Assembly: GCA_951406725.2 (NCBI GenBank)
Contig: OX597814.1
Coordinates: forward strand, 220,844,001-220,908,000
Direction of reading: 5' to 3'
Origin: Octopus vulgaris
Lineage: Eukaryota
DNA: 64,000 bases
This document shows positions 13,072 through 27,053 of the stretch, piece by piece. The notes below the pieces were generated by a model. That model was not told where the DNA came from and searched no databases. It saw only the letters and a program-made list of their open reading frames with translations. The position numbers and the translations under genes were made by a program. Every line of letters begins with the position of its first letter. Positions within the stretch are counted from its first letter, which is position 1.

Positions 13072-13302
13072 TGGAGTAAACACATAAATGTGAAACAAGG
13101 TGGAAAAAAGAGTACTCAAACACCAGTGGTAGAGTAATTTGCTTTATTCAAAAGCAGCAGAAAATTCAACAAAACCTGTTACTCTGAGTTTCACGTCCCC
13201 GTTCGTCCAACAGTTTTTGCTAGAAAAAAACCATCCGACGAACGGGAACGTGAAACTCAGAGTAACAGGTTTTGTTGAATTTTCTGCTGCTTTTGAATAA
13301 AG
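13071..13302. mobile_element. Fold-back pLTR-like element with two opposed degenerate hammerheads, between (TA)n tracts
   Basis: 66-bp inverted arms at 13142-13207 and 13237-13302 (1 mismatch). Each arm carries GACGA-acgg(g/a)acgt-GAAACTCAGAGTA-acag. Confidence 0.8.
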
Positions 13303-13382
<80 letters not shown>

Positions 13383-13385
13383 TAA

Positions 13386-13523
13386 AAAAGGTAAAGTTAC
13401 CATCTCGAGTCATAAGAGCCGGTTTCCCGACATACATCTACAACGCGTCGCCCGGACCAGGAACCGAAACCACAATATTACGATCACGTGTCCAACACCC
13501 TAACCACTAAGCCACGCGCCTCC
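13386..13523 (-). mobile_element. Internally deleted tRNA-derived SINE
   Basis: Minus-strand head ggaggcgcgtggcttagtggttaggg...ggtttcggttcc is joined to an actttaccttt tail. Confidence 0.6.
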
Positions 13524-14134
13524 ATGAGCAACAACATTAAAAAATAAAAATAACAAGAAAATCGCCATTCAGGTGTTGACCTTTTTTTTTAGCAATTCAT
13601 TGAATGCTACAAATTCATGGAAACTGATCAGCTAATTCATTTAGATATTGGGTACATATATCAATTTCAAGGTATTTCTAGTTGCTTGCATCTATTAAAG
13701 TATTGGTGAGTACTGTGACATTTATGCCGGTCCATGTTTGTTGCCCTGTTTTACATTTTTTAACTCCTCCCTTTGGATCTATTGAGATTTTCAAATGTGA
13801 ATGCTTTTGATTCAGTTTCAATATACTTGAACATCTGTGGATATTGTTGAGATCTCCATGTGTTGTTTTTCTTTTTTTTTTATATTATTGTTCCTTTAAA
13901 ATCTCTTGGCATTTGGTTGAAGCACTTTGTTTTCCTGAAGTATCTCTCACGTTTTTCGAAGGATATTAACCTTGTTTTTCTGATTCACTTAAAACTTCCT
14001 TTTACTCAAAGAGAATTATTTCTTTGCGAGTTCAGTACTGTTGCTTGCATTGGTGTTCTGTGGGTTATCAGTTTCTGTGTTGTCGGTTGTTTAGTTTCAT
14101 TTTCAGTGTTCTTTGCGATCTACATTTTTCAATA

Positions 14135-16200
14135 GTCGTATTTTAATTTCTTGCATTCACTAATTAGTGAGTGCAATTCTAGGCTCCTTGGATACATGCA
14201 TTGATGTTTATAATTTCTATTGCGTTGAGATGACTTTCCATAATATGTGTATACTACCTAGCAGTACTAGCTTCTGAATGCTGCATATGTATGTCCTAGT
14301 GTTTTGGCTACGTGTTCAGTTGCAATGTTTTAATAATTTGAAAGCACCAAATGTTGTAAGGGTTGTTTATGTTACCATTCGACTGACCTCTGTTTTTAAG
14401 GTCAAATTTTCGATTTCATTTAAAGATACGCAATTGTATGCTGGGACTGATACATAAATCGGAAGGTTCTTTAATTTCTGATGGTAATTGAGAACAATAT
14501 TCTGTCGACTGCTCTCTTGATACTTTGTCTTTGTCATATTCCAGAGAATAGAGGTTTATCATTCTCTGAGACCGTTTTTGTTCTCGTTTATTATTTTCTT
14601 TCCTCTTTGACTCTTTGACTCTTTGACTTGTTTCAGTCATTTGACTGCGGCCATGCTGGGGCACCGCCTTTATTCGAGCAAAATCGACCCCGGGACTTAT
14701 TCTTTGTAAGCCCAGTACTTATTCTATCGGTCTCTTTTGCCGAACCGCTAAGTGACGGGGACATAAACACACCAGCATCGGTTGTCAAGCAATGCTAGGA
14801 GGACAAACACAGGCACACAAACACACACACACACACACATACACATATATATACATATATACGACATGCTTCTTTCAGTTTCCGTCTACTAAATCCACTC
14901 ACAAGGCATTGGTCGGCCCGGGGCTATAGCAGAAGACACTTGCCCAAGATGCCACGCAGTGGGACTGAACCCGGAACCATGTGGTTGGTAAGCAAGGTAC
15001 TTACCACACAGCCACTCCTGCGCCTGTTGGTGTTTTATAAATTGGTATAAGTTCCGGTGTATGGAAATCCTAATACAGTCATGTCTACAAATGCCTCCCT
15101 TGGCTAGGACTGGGCATATGGATGGTTTATCGTTTCTTTCAAATCTACACATATTCTCTAGTAAATCTACACACATACTCCAGTTCTTAACGCATTTTGC
15201 TTCATTTCATAATCTAGTATTTAATCTGGATGCTTTTATCCTGTGCTGCTAGTAATACCTTTACTCTCAACCCTGTGTTCTGCTCGCTTCAGCCAATGCT
15301 TGGACTTTAGTATCATTCAGAAGCAAATTGCTTAGCTTTAGTTTTTAATAATTTTATCTTCTTACTTCTTTCTGTTCACAACTATAAGCAGCGGTATACA
15401 GTTGTGAAAACTTGAAAACTTAAAACAAGTTTTGTTTTGTTTGTGTTTTGTTGCTATTTGTATTCATATTCTATCGTTGTTTCTTTTTCTATATATACTT
15501 CATTGCATTATATAAAGTATTTTATAATAGTTCTCTAGTTATGGAGGACTCCTAAATCCCTTGCGTTTTCTGTTGAATATAGTCTTTCTGTATTAGATTG
15601 TAGGTGTCTTATTTTGAACAATCCTCGTTATTTTTCTTCCTTACGTCTTTAATGTTGTTAATTCATAAGCGTATAGTGGAGAATTTTATAAGTATAATTA
15701 TTTTCACTAGGAGAACTAATGCATTAATACCTATTATCCTTTTTATTTCATTTAAATCAATTTAATTACTAATCTAATGCAGTTTTAATATTCCTTCCCA
15801 ACTTTTCATTTCATTTGTATATCTAATTCATTAATTTCCAAGTATCTGTAAATCTGTATTTGATCTAATTATCTCATCTATATTTCTTTATCTAACATGA
15901 CAATAGTATTCTTAATTAATTTTCATCTCTTCAACTTTTCAATTGTGCATTCTTCTGCGAATCTTAAATCTATTCCTTTAGTATATCCGTCTATTGTCTG
16001 CAGCACTGTTTCAAACACTTTTTCATATGCAGCGTAAAACTAAAGGTCAACCATATAGAAAATATGGTTGATTGTCTTCACAGAGCATTTGTATCCGAAT
16101 CCTGTCTGGTTCAACGTGCAAGTAAAAGCAGTTAGCCAGAGGTAAATGAGTGGAGCGAGTGTATTCTCTTGGAATATTTTCTCATAAAAGATATTATGGG
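14135..16200 (-). mobile_element. Decayed R4/Dong LINE (RT C-half, Zn knuckle, restriction-like endonuclease), interrupted by a family A SINE
   Basis: Minus strand, in the expected order: IFQENTLAP...INHIFYMVDL (GIFQGDSLSP/HLFYMDDL-like), ERLY, AAQD, CPVLAK...RHD, IQKLVLLGSIHIL. The 5' end lies next to (ATT)n at 16221. Confidence 0.8.
14605..15024 (-). mobile_element. SINE family A, full length
   Basis: Near-identical to the 1497 copy. Confidence 0.9.
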
Positions 16201-16239
16201 TATACCCCAGGAAAGGTTTCTATTATCATTATTATTATA

Positions 16240-16285
<46 letters not shown>

Positions 16286-16654
16286 TTGTTGTTATTATTG
16301 TTATTATTGTTATTATTATTATTAGTATATGTAGTAGTACTATTCGCGGGGTCAGGGTAGATGGCGGTCTATCTGAATAGTATGGTATTATGGCCTCATC
16401 CTTCATAAGTGTTGCTCCTTCACACCGTACAACGCTACACAATTTTAGTTTTTGAAGTTTTATGGCAAAAATTTCATTTCTGAAGAGCATATTGCATGAA
16501 GATGGAGATAGGAAGGTAGCATGTTTGTAGTGGATGTTGTTACTTTCATAGTATTAGACACCTTGGCAATGGATTAATCGAGTTAATCCTCTTCAACCTG
16601 AAGGAACATGAGATGGAAAAAGAAGAATATATTAACCAAGGGTTCATATATATA

Positions 16655-16803
16655 GGCGTATGAGTGACTGTGTGGTAAGTAGCTTGCTTACGAACAACAT
16701 AGTTCCGGGTTCAGTCCCGCTGTGTGGCACCTTGGGCAAGTATCTTCTACTATAGCGTCGGGCGGACCAAAGCCTTGTGAGTGGATTTGGTAGACGGAAA
16801 CTC
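16655..16803 (+). mobile_element. SINE family A, 5' half
   Basis: ggcgtatgagtgactgtgtggtaagtagcttgct...gagtggatttggtagacggaaact. Confidence 0.8.
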
Positions 16804-16857
16804 AGCTAGCGGGTTTATAACTCTAACTTTTAGCAAGATGAATCTATGCTGGCCATT

Positions 16858-16911
16858 TCTGACGTTTCAAGTGGTCGTTGCTGGTGATGGGGAGGGGCAC
16901 ACCTTCAGAGA
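16858..16911 (-). ncRNA. Degenerate hammerhead-like motif
   Basis: tct-CTGAAGG-tgtg...cact-t-GAAACGTC-aga. A possible Penelope C-terminal remnant (FLE...DQG) lies at about 17060-17180. Confidence 0.45.
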
Positions 16912-17193
16912 CTCCTTGATTGCTATTAAATGTTATTGCTAGCAAGCATAAACCACTGGTACGTTTTTGGCAACTAAACTGTTACTAGGCAAACACAGAC
17001 GCCCGACACACGGATGGAACGTTAAAACTTAATTTCTATAGTAAGTTAGTGGATGGTTTGAGAAATTGTCTTCTTCGGGATACCCTGGTCTTAAATGAGG
17101 CGTTCTGAAAAATGTTTCTAGAAAACTTATAAGTTGGCAATCGCGGATAATTTCCAAAAGTTCTTCGAATATTAATATTAAATGGGGTCTGAA

Positions 17194-17411
17194 GACAGTG
17201 AGCTGGCAGAATCGTTAGCACGCCGGGCAAAATGCTTAGCAGTATTTCGTTCGTTTTTATATCCTGGGTTCAAATTCCACTAGGGTCGACTTCGCCTTTC
17301 ATCCTTTCGAGGTCGATAAAACAAGTACCAGTTGAGACTGGGGTCGATTTAACCGACTTGGCCCCGTATACGGAATTGCAGGCCTTGTGCCAAAATTTGA
17401 AACCAGTATTA
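17194..17411 (+). mobile_element. SINE family B
   Basis: gagctggcagaatcgttagcacgccgggcaaaatgcttagc...gtcgacttcgcctttcatcctttcg. Confidence 0.85.
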
Positions 17412-17539
17412 AATGAAGAATTCGCCTGTTCGGAATAAACTCACATGTATAGCATTGTCATCATCTGAACTCGTCCAAGAAGCATAAAGAACAACAAAAT
17501 TTCCCTCTATGCTCTCGTTTGGTATTCGTGCAGTGTGAA

Positions 17540-18385
17540 AAGTGGCTTTTTTTATTGTATTGAGAATAATTTAATAAATGTGCAGCAGCTTGTTGTACCA
17601 TTGTATATTTTTTTCCTTATATGTGTGTAATCCCTAGAGCTTGGTTTCCATTGTTGTTTGTACCTTTTTTTCATGATTATCAAGTCATCTATTATGGGCA
17701 TTGATATTGTTTTCATTCGGCACTTTCTGGATATCTATATCTCTAAGTATTGATATCTCTTATTCTAATAACAGCTGAACGATTTTCATTAATCTTCTCG
17801 CCTGTGTAGATCTGCATATCTATTGTCATCATCTGACATTTTTCGTGGCGTGAAATGATTTGTTCTTCACACTTTCTTCTTTTACTGCTGTTATTCTCTT
17901 TTATAGTAGTGTCATTATACACTTTTGGCAGGTTTAACGTGAAGATTTTGGTATGGTACCGCAAAAAACCCCCCACAACATTTTGGTCTTAGCTGAGTCC
18001 TGAGATTCATAGCCAGTGCTAAGCTTTTGACTTATCCCCGTCTATTTAGTCGGATCTTGGTCATATAGAACTATTCTTGCTGTTGTTTGTATGATATTTT
18101 GTTGCTCTATTTTCAAGTTAATTCAATAACATGCTGATGCTGCTCCACCCAGTTGCCGGCTGTTACTCCTACTCTCTCTTTTACTCTTTTACTTGATTCA
18201 GTCATTTGACTGCGGCCATGCTGGAGCACCGCCTTTTTTAGTCGAGCAAATCGACCCCGGGACTTATTCTTTGTAAGCCCAGTACTTATTCTATCGGTCT
18301 CTTTTGCCGAACCGCTAAGTGACGGGGACGTAAACACACCAGCATCGGTTGTCAAGCAATGCTAGGGGGGACAAACACAGACACA

Positions 18386-18455
<70 letters not shown>

Positions 18456-19431
18456 TACGACAGGCTTCTTTCAGTTTCCGTCTACCAAATCCACTCACAA
18501 GGCATTGGTCGGCCCGGGGCTATAGCAGAAGACACTTGCCCGAGATGCCACGCAGTGGCACTGAACCCGGAACCATGTGGTTGGTTAGCAAGCTACTTAC
18601 CACACATCCACACCTTAGCCTCGGTTTATATTTTTAGTTTCTTTGAAGGCAACATTTGTTTTTATGTTGTGGTTATTTGTATCAGTTTCCTTTTATCCTT
18701 TGCTAGGTTTCCGGTAGATTTCTTGATGCATCACACTTCTAACTGGCCAAATCAGTGGTAAATGTAATCTTTCTGTACTTATTTTTCTAAAAGCAGCCAT
18801 TACATTTCTCGTGTTAATATTTTGCTTAGCGACCAGTTGAGGATATTATAACTAAAACTTATCTGCGGTATTCATACTTATTATGTATTTTTGGCATTTA
18901 GCCTACTATTAATTATTTATGTGATGCGTCTATAATATTTTTTCCTAACGTTTTCCTCCCTTTGTGTGCGTTGTCTTCAGTATATATCATTAATTCCTAA
19001 TTACAGATCCGTGTTAGGTATAATTCTCTTAAAATAATCCCAGTCAAGGTTATTTTGGTACATTAGCCTCAAATTAATTTCATCTTCATTCCCCTACCGA
19101 ACCTGTGCTTGCAGTTATCATTTGTAGCATAAAACTCGAGCCTATCGATATACAAAAGATGATTGACAGTCATTGTATGACGTTTGTATCTGTACTGAAA
19201 CAAGTTGAGAATGCTCATTAAAGGTGTTTACACTTCATTGAAAAGAAAAAAAAAATGGAGTGAGGAAATGGTGCAGCATTTTTAATAGTTATCGGTTCTT
19301 TTATAATTCTTTTTTCTGTTTGCATTTGTAAGACTGTCTTCCATTTAATCATGGCATTTACTTGCATGTTGGAGGTGCTACCTTACTCATGGTGGTTAAT
19401 GTTTCTGGAATTCACGTTCAGAGAATACTAG
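17540..19431 (-). mobile_element. Decayed R4/Dong LINE copy X, interrupted by a family A SINE
   Basis: Minus strand: KWKTVLQMQT, TVNHLLYIDRLEFYATND, and IDMQIYTGEKINENRSAVIRIRD (WDMPIHTDREIKANRPD-like). Confidence 0.7.
18166..18605 (-). mobile_element. SINE family A, near full length
   Basis: Matches the family A consensus. Confidence 0.9.
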
Positions 19432-20821
19432 CAAGAATATATCGTTATCCAAAGCAACGATACTTTGAATAAAGGAAATAGATCAGTTCTAACATAAATG
19501 AGTTCATTAAAAACTTTGTTCAAAACAAAACGGAAACCTAGTCAGTGCAAATAAGAGAAGCAAACACTTTGAATGCGGTCTTATGTAGATCGTCTTCAAA
19601 GTGTTTGCTTCTGGATCGCTGCAAGCGATAATGTTAATAAAAAAGACATTTCTGAGATTTGAACAATCGTGGGGTGCAAAAAATATTGCTCAGAGAAAAC
19701 AGAAAAAGGAAAATGGCTGCAAAACACTAGGAAATTAAGTTCATACTCCTGCCTCTAATAATTAAGTGACTCATAGAAACTGCTTTAAAAATTACTCGTT
19801 AGCGATATTAAGGTAATCAATCCATCACAATCCCGGACATTTTTCTCATATTTTTAATAGTTGTATTCTTAGTTTATTAGTAACTGATTATTTTTCATCA
19901 TCAAAAAGCTGCTTTTGTAATATATTTGTTCTTTAATAATATATTTTTTCTATTTTACTATTTATCCTTTGCAGTGTATTGCTCTTACGTCATTGTTTAC
20001 TATCAGCGATTAGGTTATGGGAGAGTGAAGGCATTTGGCATAGTGGTTAGCGATATTCGGCTCACGATGGTAAGGGCATGAGTTTGATTCCTGGTAGCTG
20101 CGTGTGATGTCCTTGAGCAAGACACTTTATTTCATGTTGTCCACTCAGCTGGCAAAAATGAGTAGTACCTTTATTTCAAAAGACCAGCCTTGTCACATTC
20201 TGCGTCAAGCTGAATCTCCCCGAGAACTACGCTTAGGATATTCGTGTTCGTGGAATACTCATCCACTTGCACGTTAATTTCACGAGCAAGCTGTTCGATT
20301 GATCGGATCAACTGGAACACTCGACGTAACCGACGGAGTGCCACTAATGGAACAATAATGTTTAGGATATGATGTTTCGTCTGTCTAAGAATTAGAAAAT
20401 TTTTCCCTCGTTGGCCATTAATATGCTGTTTCTGGTCCATTCAATACAACAGCGAGTAATTTTCAAAGCAGTTTCTATGAGTCACTTAATTATTAGAGGC
20501 AGGAGTATGAACTTAATTTCCTAGTGTTTTGCAGCCATTTTCCTTTTTCTGTTGTCTCTGAGCAACATTTTTTGCACCCCACGATTGTTCAAATCTCAAA
20601 AATGTCTTTTTTATTAACATTATCGCTTGCAGCGATCCAGAAGCAAAAACACTTTGAAGACGGTCTACATAAGACCGCATTCAAAGTGTTTGCTTCTCTT
20701 ATTTGCACTGACTAGGTTTCCGTTTTGTTTTGAACAAAGTTTTTAATGAACTCATTTATGTTAGAACTGATCTATTTCCTTTATTCAAAGTATCGTTGCT
20801 TTGGATAACGATATATTCTTG
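19432..20821. repeat. Long inverted repeat, arms 19432-19798 and 20453-20821
   Basis: The arms are reverse complements, with about 5 substitutions and one 2-nt indel. Confidence 0.95.
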
Positions 20822-21480
20822 AGAGAGGATTCCTTGTTTTAGGTGATTCCAATTATAAGTGTCAACTATTTTTATTATGTTGCAATTCTGTAGTAATTGG
20901 CTATCTTTATTTACTTTCATGTACGTATTTTAACTCCTGGTTACTTCACCGTTTGACAGATGTTTCTTTTTACATGTTTCTTTTTTTCCTTTATCTTTCT
21001 CTGTTTGCTCGAATTTAGATGTCACTTTATGAGTTCGTTTAAGCAAGTAGCAACATTCATTACAATTACCCAAGACACAACGTCACATAATTCATTTATC
21101 TTGGTTATATTAATAATAGTGTCTGTATTTTTTTAAACTCTGCGATGGCTAAACTGAAGATTTTATTCTTGTAGCTATTTTGTCATTATGTCTATATGTT
21201 AGAAGAGCCATAGATAAATTTAAATATTTAAATATTTCCATCTTTATATTATTATTTTAACATCAATAATTAACAATTATTAGCATTTTCTATTCTCAGT
21301 CCTTCCTCATATGCACTTGCCTGTCAGTGTATTACTGGTTCAGTTTTTGTTGGCCAGTATTCTGAATATTCTTAATTATGTACGTATCCAAAGATTTGAT
21401 TATGTTATATGTTATTTCTTTTGTTTCTTTCGGTTATTCTGGCTTATTTGTGATTTATCTTCTCAGTATTTATAGCTTTG
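19800..21480 (-). mobile_element. Highly decayed R4/Dong LINE copy Y (RT N-half)
   Basis: Traces in order: EYWPTKTEPVIH, LNELIK, ILSQE, DQ...NLVSA...K.F. Many stops. Confidence 0.5.
20025..20344 (+). mobile_element. SINE family D (tRNA head + CORE-like tgtccttgagcaagacacttta + family C tail)
   Basis: Matches the 37336 copy and shares its 3' half with family C. Confidence 0.85.
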
Positions 21481-21655
21481 TTTTCGTTATTTGAATTATT
21501 TCAGGTTTTGGCAGCCGGTCTGGCCCGGAGGCGGGTGATTTATATACTATGTACGTATGTATTCACACACACACGAACAAGTACGTATATATATACACAC
21601 ATGCATAAATATATATATATACATGTACACACATATGTAATATTGATATTTGTGC

Positions 21656-21694
<39 letters not shown>

Positions 21695-21741
21695 CATGTA
21701 TATATACATATATGCACACATACACACACACACTCACACAG

Positions 21742-21775
<34 letters not shown>

Positions 21776-21789
21776 GTCTCAATATATAT

Positions 21790-21990
21790 TATAGTTCAAA
21801 TTTGCAGAAAACAAGAGACGAAGACAGGTGAAGGAACAACAAGCAGGTGTATTTGTTGAACGCTCGGGAAGAAGGGAAAAGTCTTTGACGTATTGAGCTA
21901 ACACTCTCCGACAGAATGGATTGAGAGGAAAATAAAAGCGGAGAGAGTGTGTGAAAAACAAAAAAAAAAAAACGTGGTGAGAGAAAATGT
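21790..21990 (-). mobile_element. Short pLTR-like element with a decayed hammerhead-like motif, next to (TA)n
   Basis: The reverse complement matches 40060-40243 (cttcccgagc...cacctgtcttcgtc). Confidence 0.6.
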
Positions 21991-22186
21991 GCAGGAATTA
22001 ACGGTTCATATACATAGGCATAATCAGCTACATAGCATACTTAATGTATAGAGAGTCGAACGAGAATTCGTTGTATCTGATACAGGAAAAACTGAGTAAA
22101 GCATTCACTGACGTTGCCAAAAGCCACATGTGGAATATCGAGAGTCTGTGCCATGGAAAAGGCCCAAAGACACTCTTGCTAACCGT

Positions 22187-22410
22187 TACTACTCCTCTCT
22201 TTTACTCTTTTACTCTTTTACTTGTTTCAGTCATTTGACTGCGGCCATGCTGGAGCACCGCCTTTTTTAGTCGAGCAAATCGACCCCGGGACTTATTCCT
22301 TTGTAAGCCCAGTACTTATTCTATCGGTCTCTTTTTTGCCGAACCGCTAAGTGACGGGGACGTAAACACACTACCATCGGTTGTCAAGCAATGCTAGGGG
22401 GACAAACACA

Positions 22411-22451
<41 letters not shown>

Positions 22452-22465
22452 TATATATATATAAT

Positions 22466-22522
<57 letters not shown>

Positions 22523-22680
22523 GACAGGCTTCTTTCAGTTTCCGTCTACCAAATCCACTCACAAGGCATTGGTCGGCCCGGGGCTATAGCAGAAGACACT
22601 TGCCCAAGATGCCACGCAGTGGGACTGAACGCAGAACTATGTGGTTGGTAAGCAAGCTACTTACCACACAGCCACTCCTG
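22187..22680 (-). mobile_element. SINE family A, full length with expanded internal microsatellite
   Basis: Matches the family A consensus. Confidence 0.9.
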
Positions 22681-22848
22681 TCGAATCTTTGTTTCTTTTT
22701 CTCTGACATTTATTGGATTTTTTAACACAGTAAGCCTAAATGTAATGCTGTCTCAGTACTAATACGCTAGTAACTGGCAAATCGACAGTAGTAACTGGTT
22801 ATTTAGTTATTTAATTAAATACTACTACAATTTATCTATCAGTCTATG

Positions 22849-23364
<516 letters not shown>

Positions 23365-24378
23365 CAATGAATCAATCAATCAATACATACATACGTACGT
23401 AAGTACGTATATCATCCCTGTTTACTCCTAAATGTTTTATTTTTGGGAGTAAATTTAAAACGCTTTGTATTTGTGATAAATAAAGAGAACAATTTCATTA
23501 ATATTGTCACTGATACGTCATTAAAGACTGGATTCGTTTGTGCTAACACTTTTCAGAAATAATATGTATTAATTCCATAATACACGTATATTTAATTGCG
23601 TTTATGCTTTTGAATTTAACATTTTTTCTTTTTTCACGTATCGATATCAATAAGTCATTGAAAGTAGGTGTCAATCCCTTCAGTTAATCAATAGTTGAAT
23701 ACGTATTACTGAAAACAGATACTAAAGAGGCATGCAAACCTGTTTAGTATCTGAGTTGCAATGTTCAGTTCAATAGTATTTCTTTGTTATGCGGGGCGGC
23801 TTTAAAACCTCCCTTAATCAAAATTACAAAGAGTGAGAATAAGAAGGAGAGAGAAAGAAAAAGAGAGAGATAAAGATAGATATAGGTAGATAAATAAGCA
23901 AATAATTAGATGGATAGACAGAGAGAGAAAAAGAGGGTGTGGGAGAAGAAAGAAGGATTTGGAATTAAAAAAGGCGCGTATAATAATCAACTTCCTAAGA
24001 TGTTCGCTGTAACCTTTCATCTGTTATACAAAAAGTTTTCTCAGAGACGTACATCAACAGATCTTTAATAAAATAGGTTTCTCGAAATTAAATTCAGTCA
24101 ACAGGCTCTAGATTTACCCGTATCATTACACTACCCTAACCTCATCCGCAGCAGTCACAATCACCAACATCATTAGATGATCGTCAGCTTATTTTGCTTG
24201 GATGATAAACACAAGCATACACCAATCCACACACACACACACACATGAACACATGCACACAAACATGAACACATGCACACAGTCTCTCACACACACTTAT
24301 ACATACATGAACATATAAATACATATAGATATATATAAATATGTACATATATGTATACACATACACGCACGCACATAG

Positions 24379-24603
<225 letters not shown>

Positions 24604-24942
24604 TGTATATATATACTACTTCAAACTAACTTGTGTTTCTTTCTAGTCCTTTTGAAAATTCAAGCGTACTTCTTACTGTATGGTATCCGGATATATGCAT
24701 ACGTGTATGGGGAAGGGTGGGTGATAAATGTTTTGGGATGAATATATATGTGTAAGCATCCATGTACGTGCATTTGTATGTACAATAATGTACGTATACG
24801 CACACGCGCGGGCACCAACGTGCGCACACTGGCAGGCAAACGCGCACATACACGCATGCAAACGCACACGAAAACACGACCCAAATGCACACACGCGCAC
24901 GCACACAAATAATATGCATTTCATTTGCAGGAAGGTAGTGTA

Positions 24943-24987
<45 letters not shown>

Positions 24988-25072
24988 CGTTCATATACAC
25001 ACTACACTATATGTGTAGTGTGTATATATCTATATCTATATTTATATTAAACAATATTAAATCTCTGACTGA

Positions 25073-25144
<72 letters not shown>

Positions 25145-25277
25145 ATATATATCATATATATATATATATCTATATGTGCATATATATATATATATATTTA
25201 ACTTCGTTCATATCCACATATATGTGTATCCCTCTCTATCTCTGTCTCTGTATATACACACACATATACATATATAC

Positions 25278-25310
<33 letters not shown>

Positions 25311-26343
25311 CATACATACATACATACATAGATGCACATATATATCATATACACCTGCGTGCACACACATACATGAAGGTAAATGTATGAAGGTATGTGT
25401 GCTTGACATATTCTTTTGTGTTCTATATTGCTCTGAAATCGATGTTCTTACTTTGAAGTTTGCTGTAGCATATCTTCAGGTTATGTTTATATAATATTTC
25501 TTATTTTAGGGATTTTTGCATTAAAGCGTTGTATTTTGTGAAAATTTATATTCTGGCGAAAATATATAATGATATTTATGATTATATCTCTTGTGATTAT
25601 CTTATAATATTCATGAAAATATCTTTTGACGGAAACAGTATCAAACACCTACTTTTCTAAAGACTCTGCTCAAAGCGTTACATAAAATACGTTACTTTGT
25701 TGTTGATTTCTCTGAAGATCATACCTTTTTATTCAGACTTTGACCCTATAGGCATGCACTGTCTTCGTTGGTCACCCATGATGGTTAGCTTTCATGACAA
25801 GGGAGGGAAATAAGAAGAAAAAGACAGAGACGATAGATAGGAGAGACTAAAGAGGAAAGAAGTGTAATAATGGTACAAAGTAGTAAACAGACAGAAGAAT
25901 GGAACTTGGGAAAAAGACGAACGATGATGGGGGACAGAAAGTCAAACAACATGTATACAGTAGACACATGTATTCGGGTGTAGAAGAAGAAAAAAAAGCA
26001 AAACCAAAGACGAAAACAAAATAAAAAAAAAACGTAATCTATAAGAATTCACCAATAACTAAGTTTCAAACAGCTGCAGTGGAGCTGAAACAGTGACAAG
26101 GCCGCGACTAAATACATGAAAGGTCAGTATAGCAGTTCCTGTCTATCTTTAGATAACTAAAATGGCCGTCCCGCGATGTAAATGCTGGTTCCATCAACTA
26201 GTTTCAGATGAAGTCACTTGTTAGACAAATACAGCTCTGAAATACATGAATACAAACATGCATATATACATACATAGACATATATGCGTGTATGTGGGGG
26301 TATATGCATATATATATATATGTAGTTATGTATATATATATAT

Positions 26344-26380
<37 letters not shown>

Positions 26381-26786
26381 GATATATACATACATACATA
26401 CGTATCTATTTACTTTCATACACATATTCACACAGACAGACAGACACCCCCATGCACACACACACATATACGTACATATATAATTATATATATATATAGT
26501 CGTTAGTTTTCTGTAGTAAGCGTTCCATATATAAATATATTTATATATCCATACACACACATACACATATATACATACACACACACATATATACATACAC
26601 ATACACACACATTTAACATATATGTATATAAAAAATTAAACTTCGTTGTCTCTTCCTGGGTGAGCTCGTAAATCAAAATGTCTACCCCAATAATATTGTA
26701 CATAAATATTTCTCGTTGCTCCAGGATACTTTGCTGAAAACGAATACTAACCAAATGCTAATGCGACCCTCTGTCTCTCTTTCCAG

Positions 26787-26841
26787 CTGTCGCATCTTCG
26801 CTGTACTGCCGGGTCAAGAGTGGAATACACCGAGAATGTGC
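26787..26841 (+). CDS. Candidate 55-nt internal exon of an unidentified host gene
   Basis: TACTAAC at 26745-26751, pyrimidine tract ctctgtctctctttcCAG, GTATGT donor at 26842. The segment is GC-rich relative to its flanks and all three frames are open (e.g. VASSLYCRVKSGIHREC). Confidence 0.45.
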
Positions 26842-27053
26842 GTATGTTTGCTCGCAACTTCATCGGCACCGAAACAATAAGCAAAAATATTCTACATGCT
26901 ACAAACTCATACTCACTTACAAGTGATGGCTATTGTATGAGTTTAAATAGCGAAAAAGAAGTTATACAAACAGCGTTCTTCAAAATATTAATGAAATTGA
27001 AATCTCGGGAAAGTATTATGACTTTTGCCTAAACAGTATTTTAGCAAGCATAA

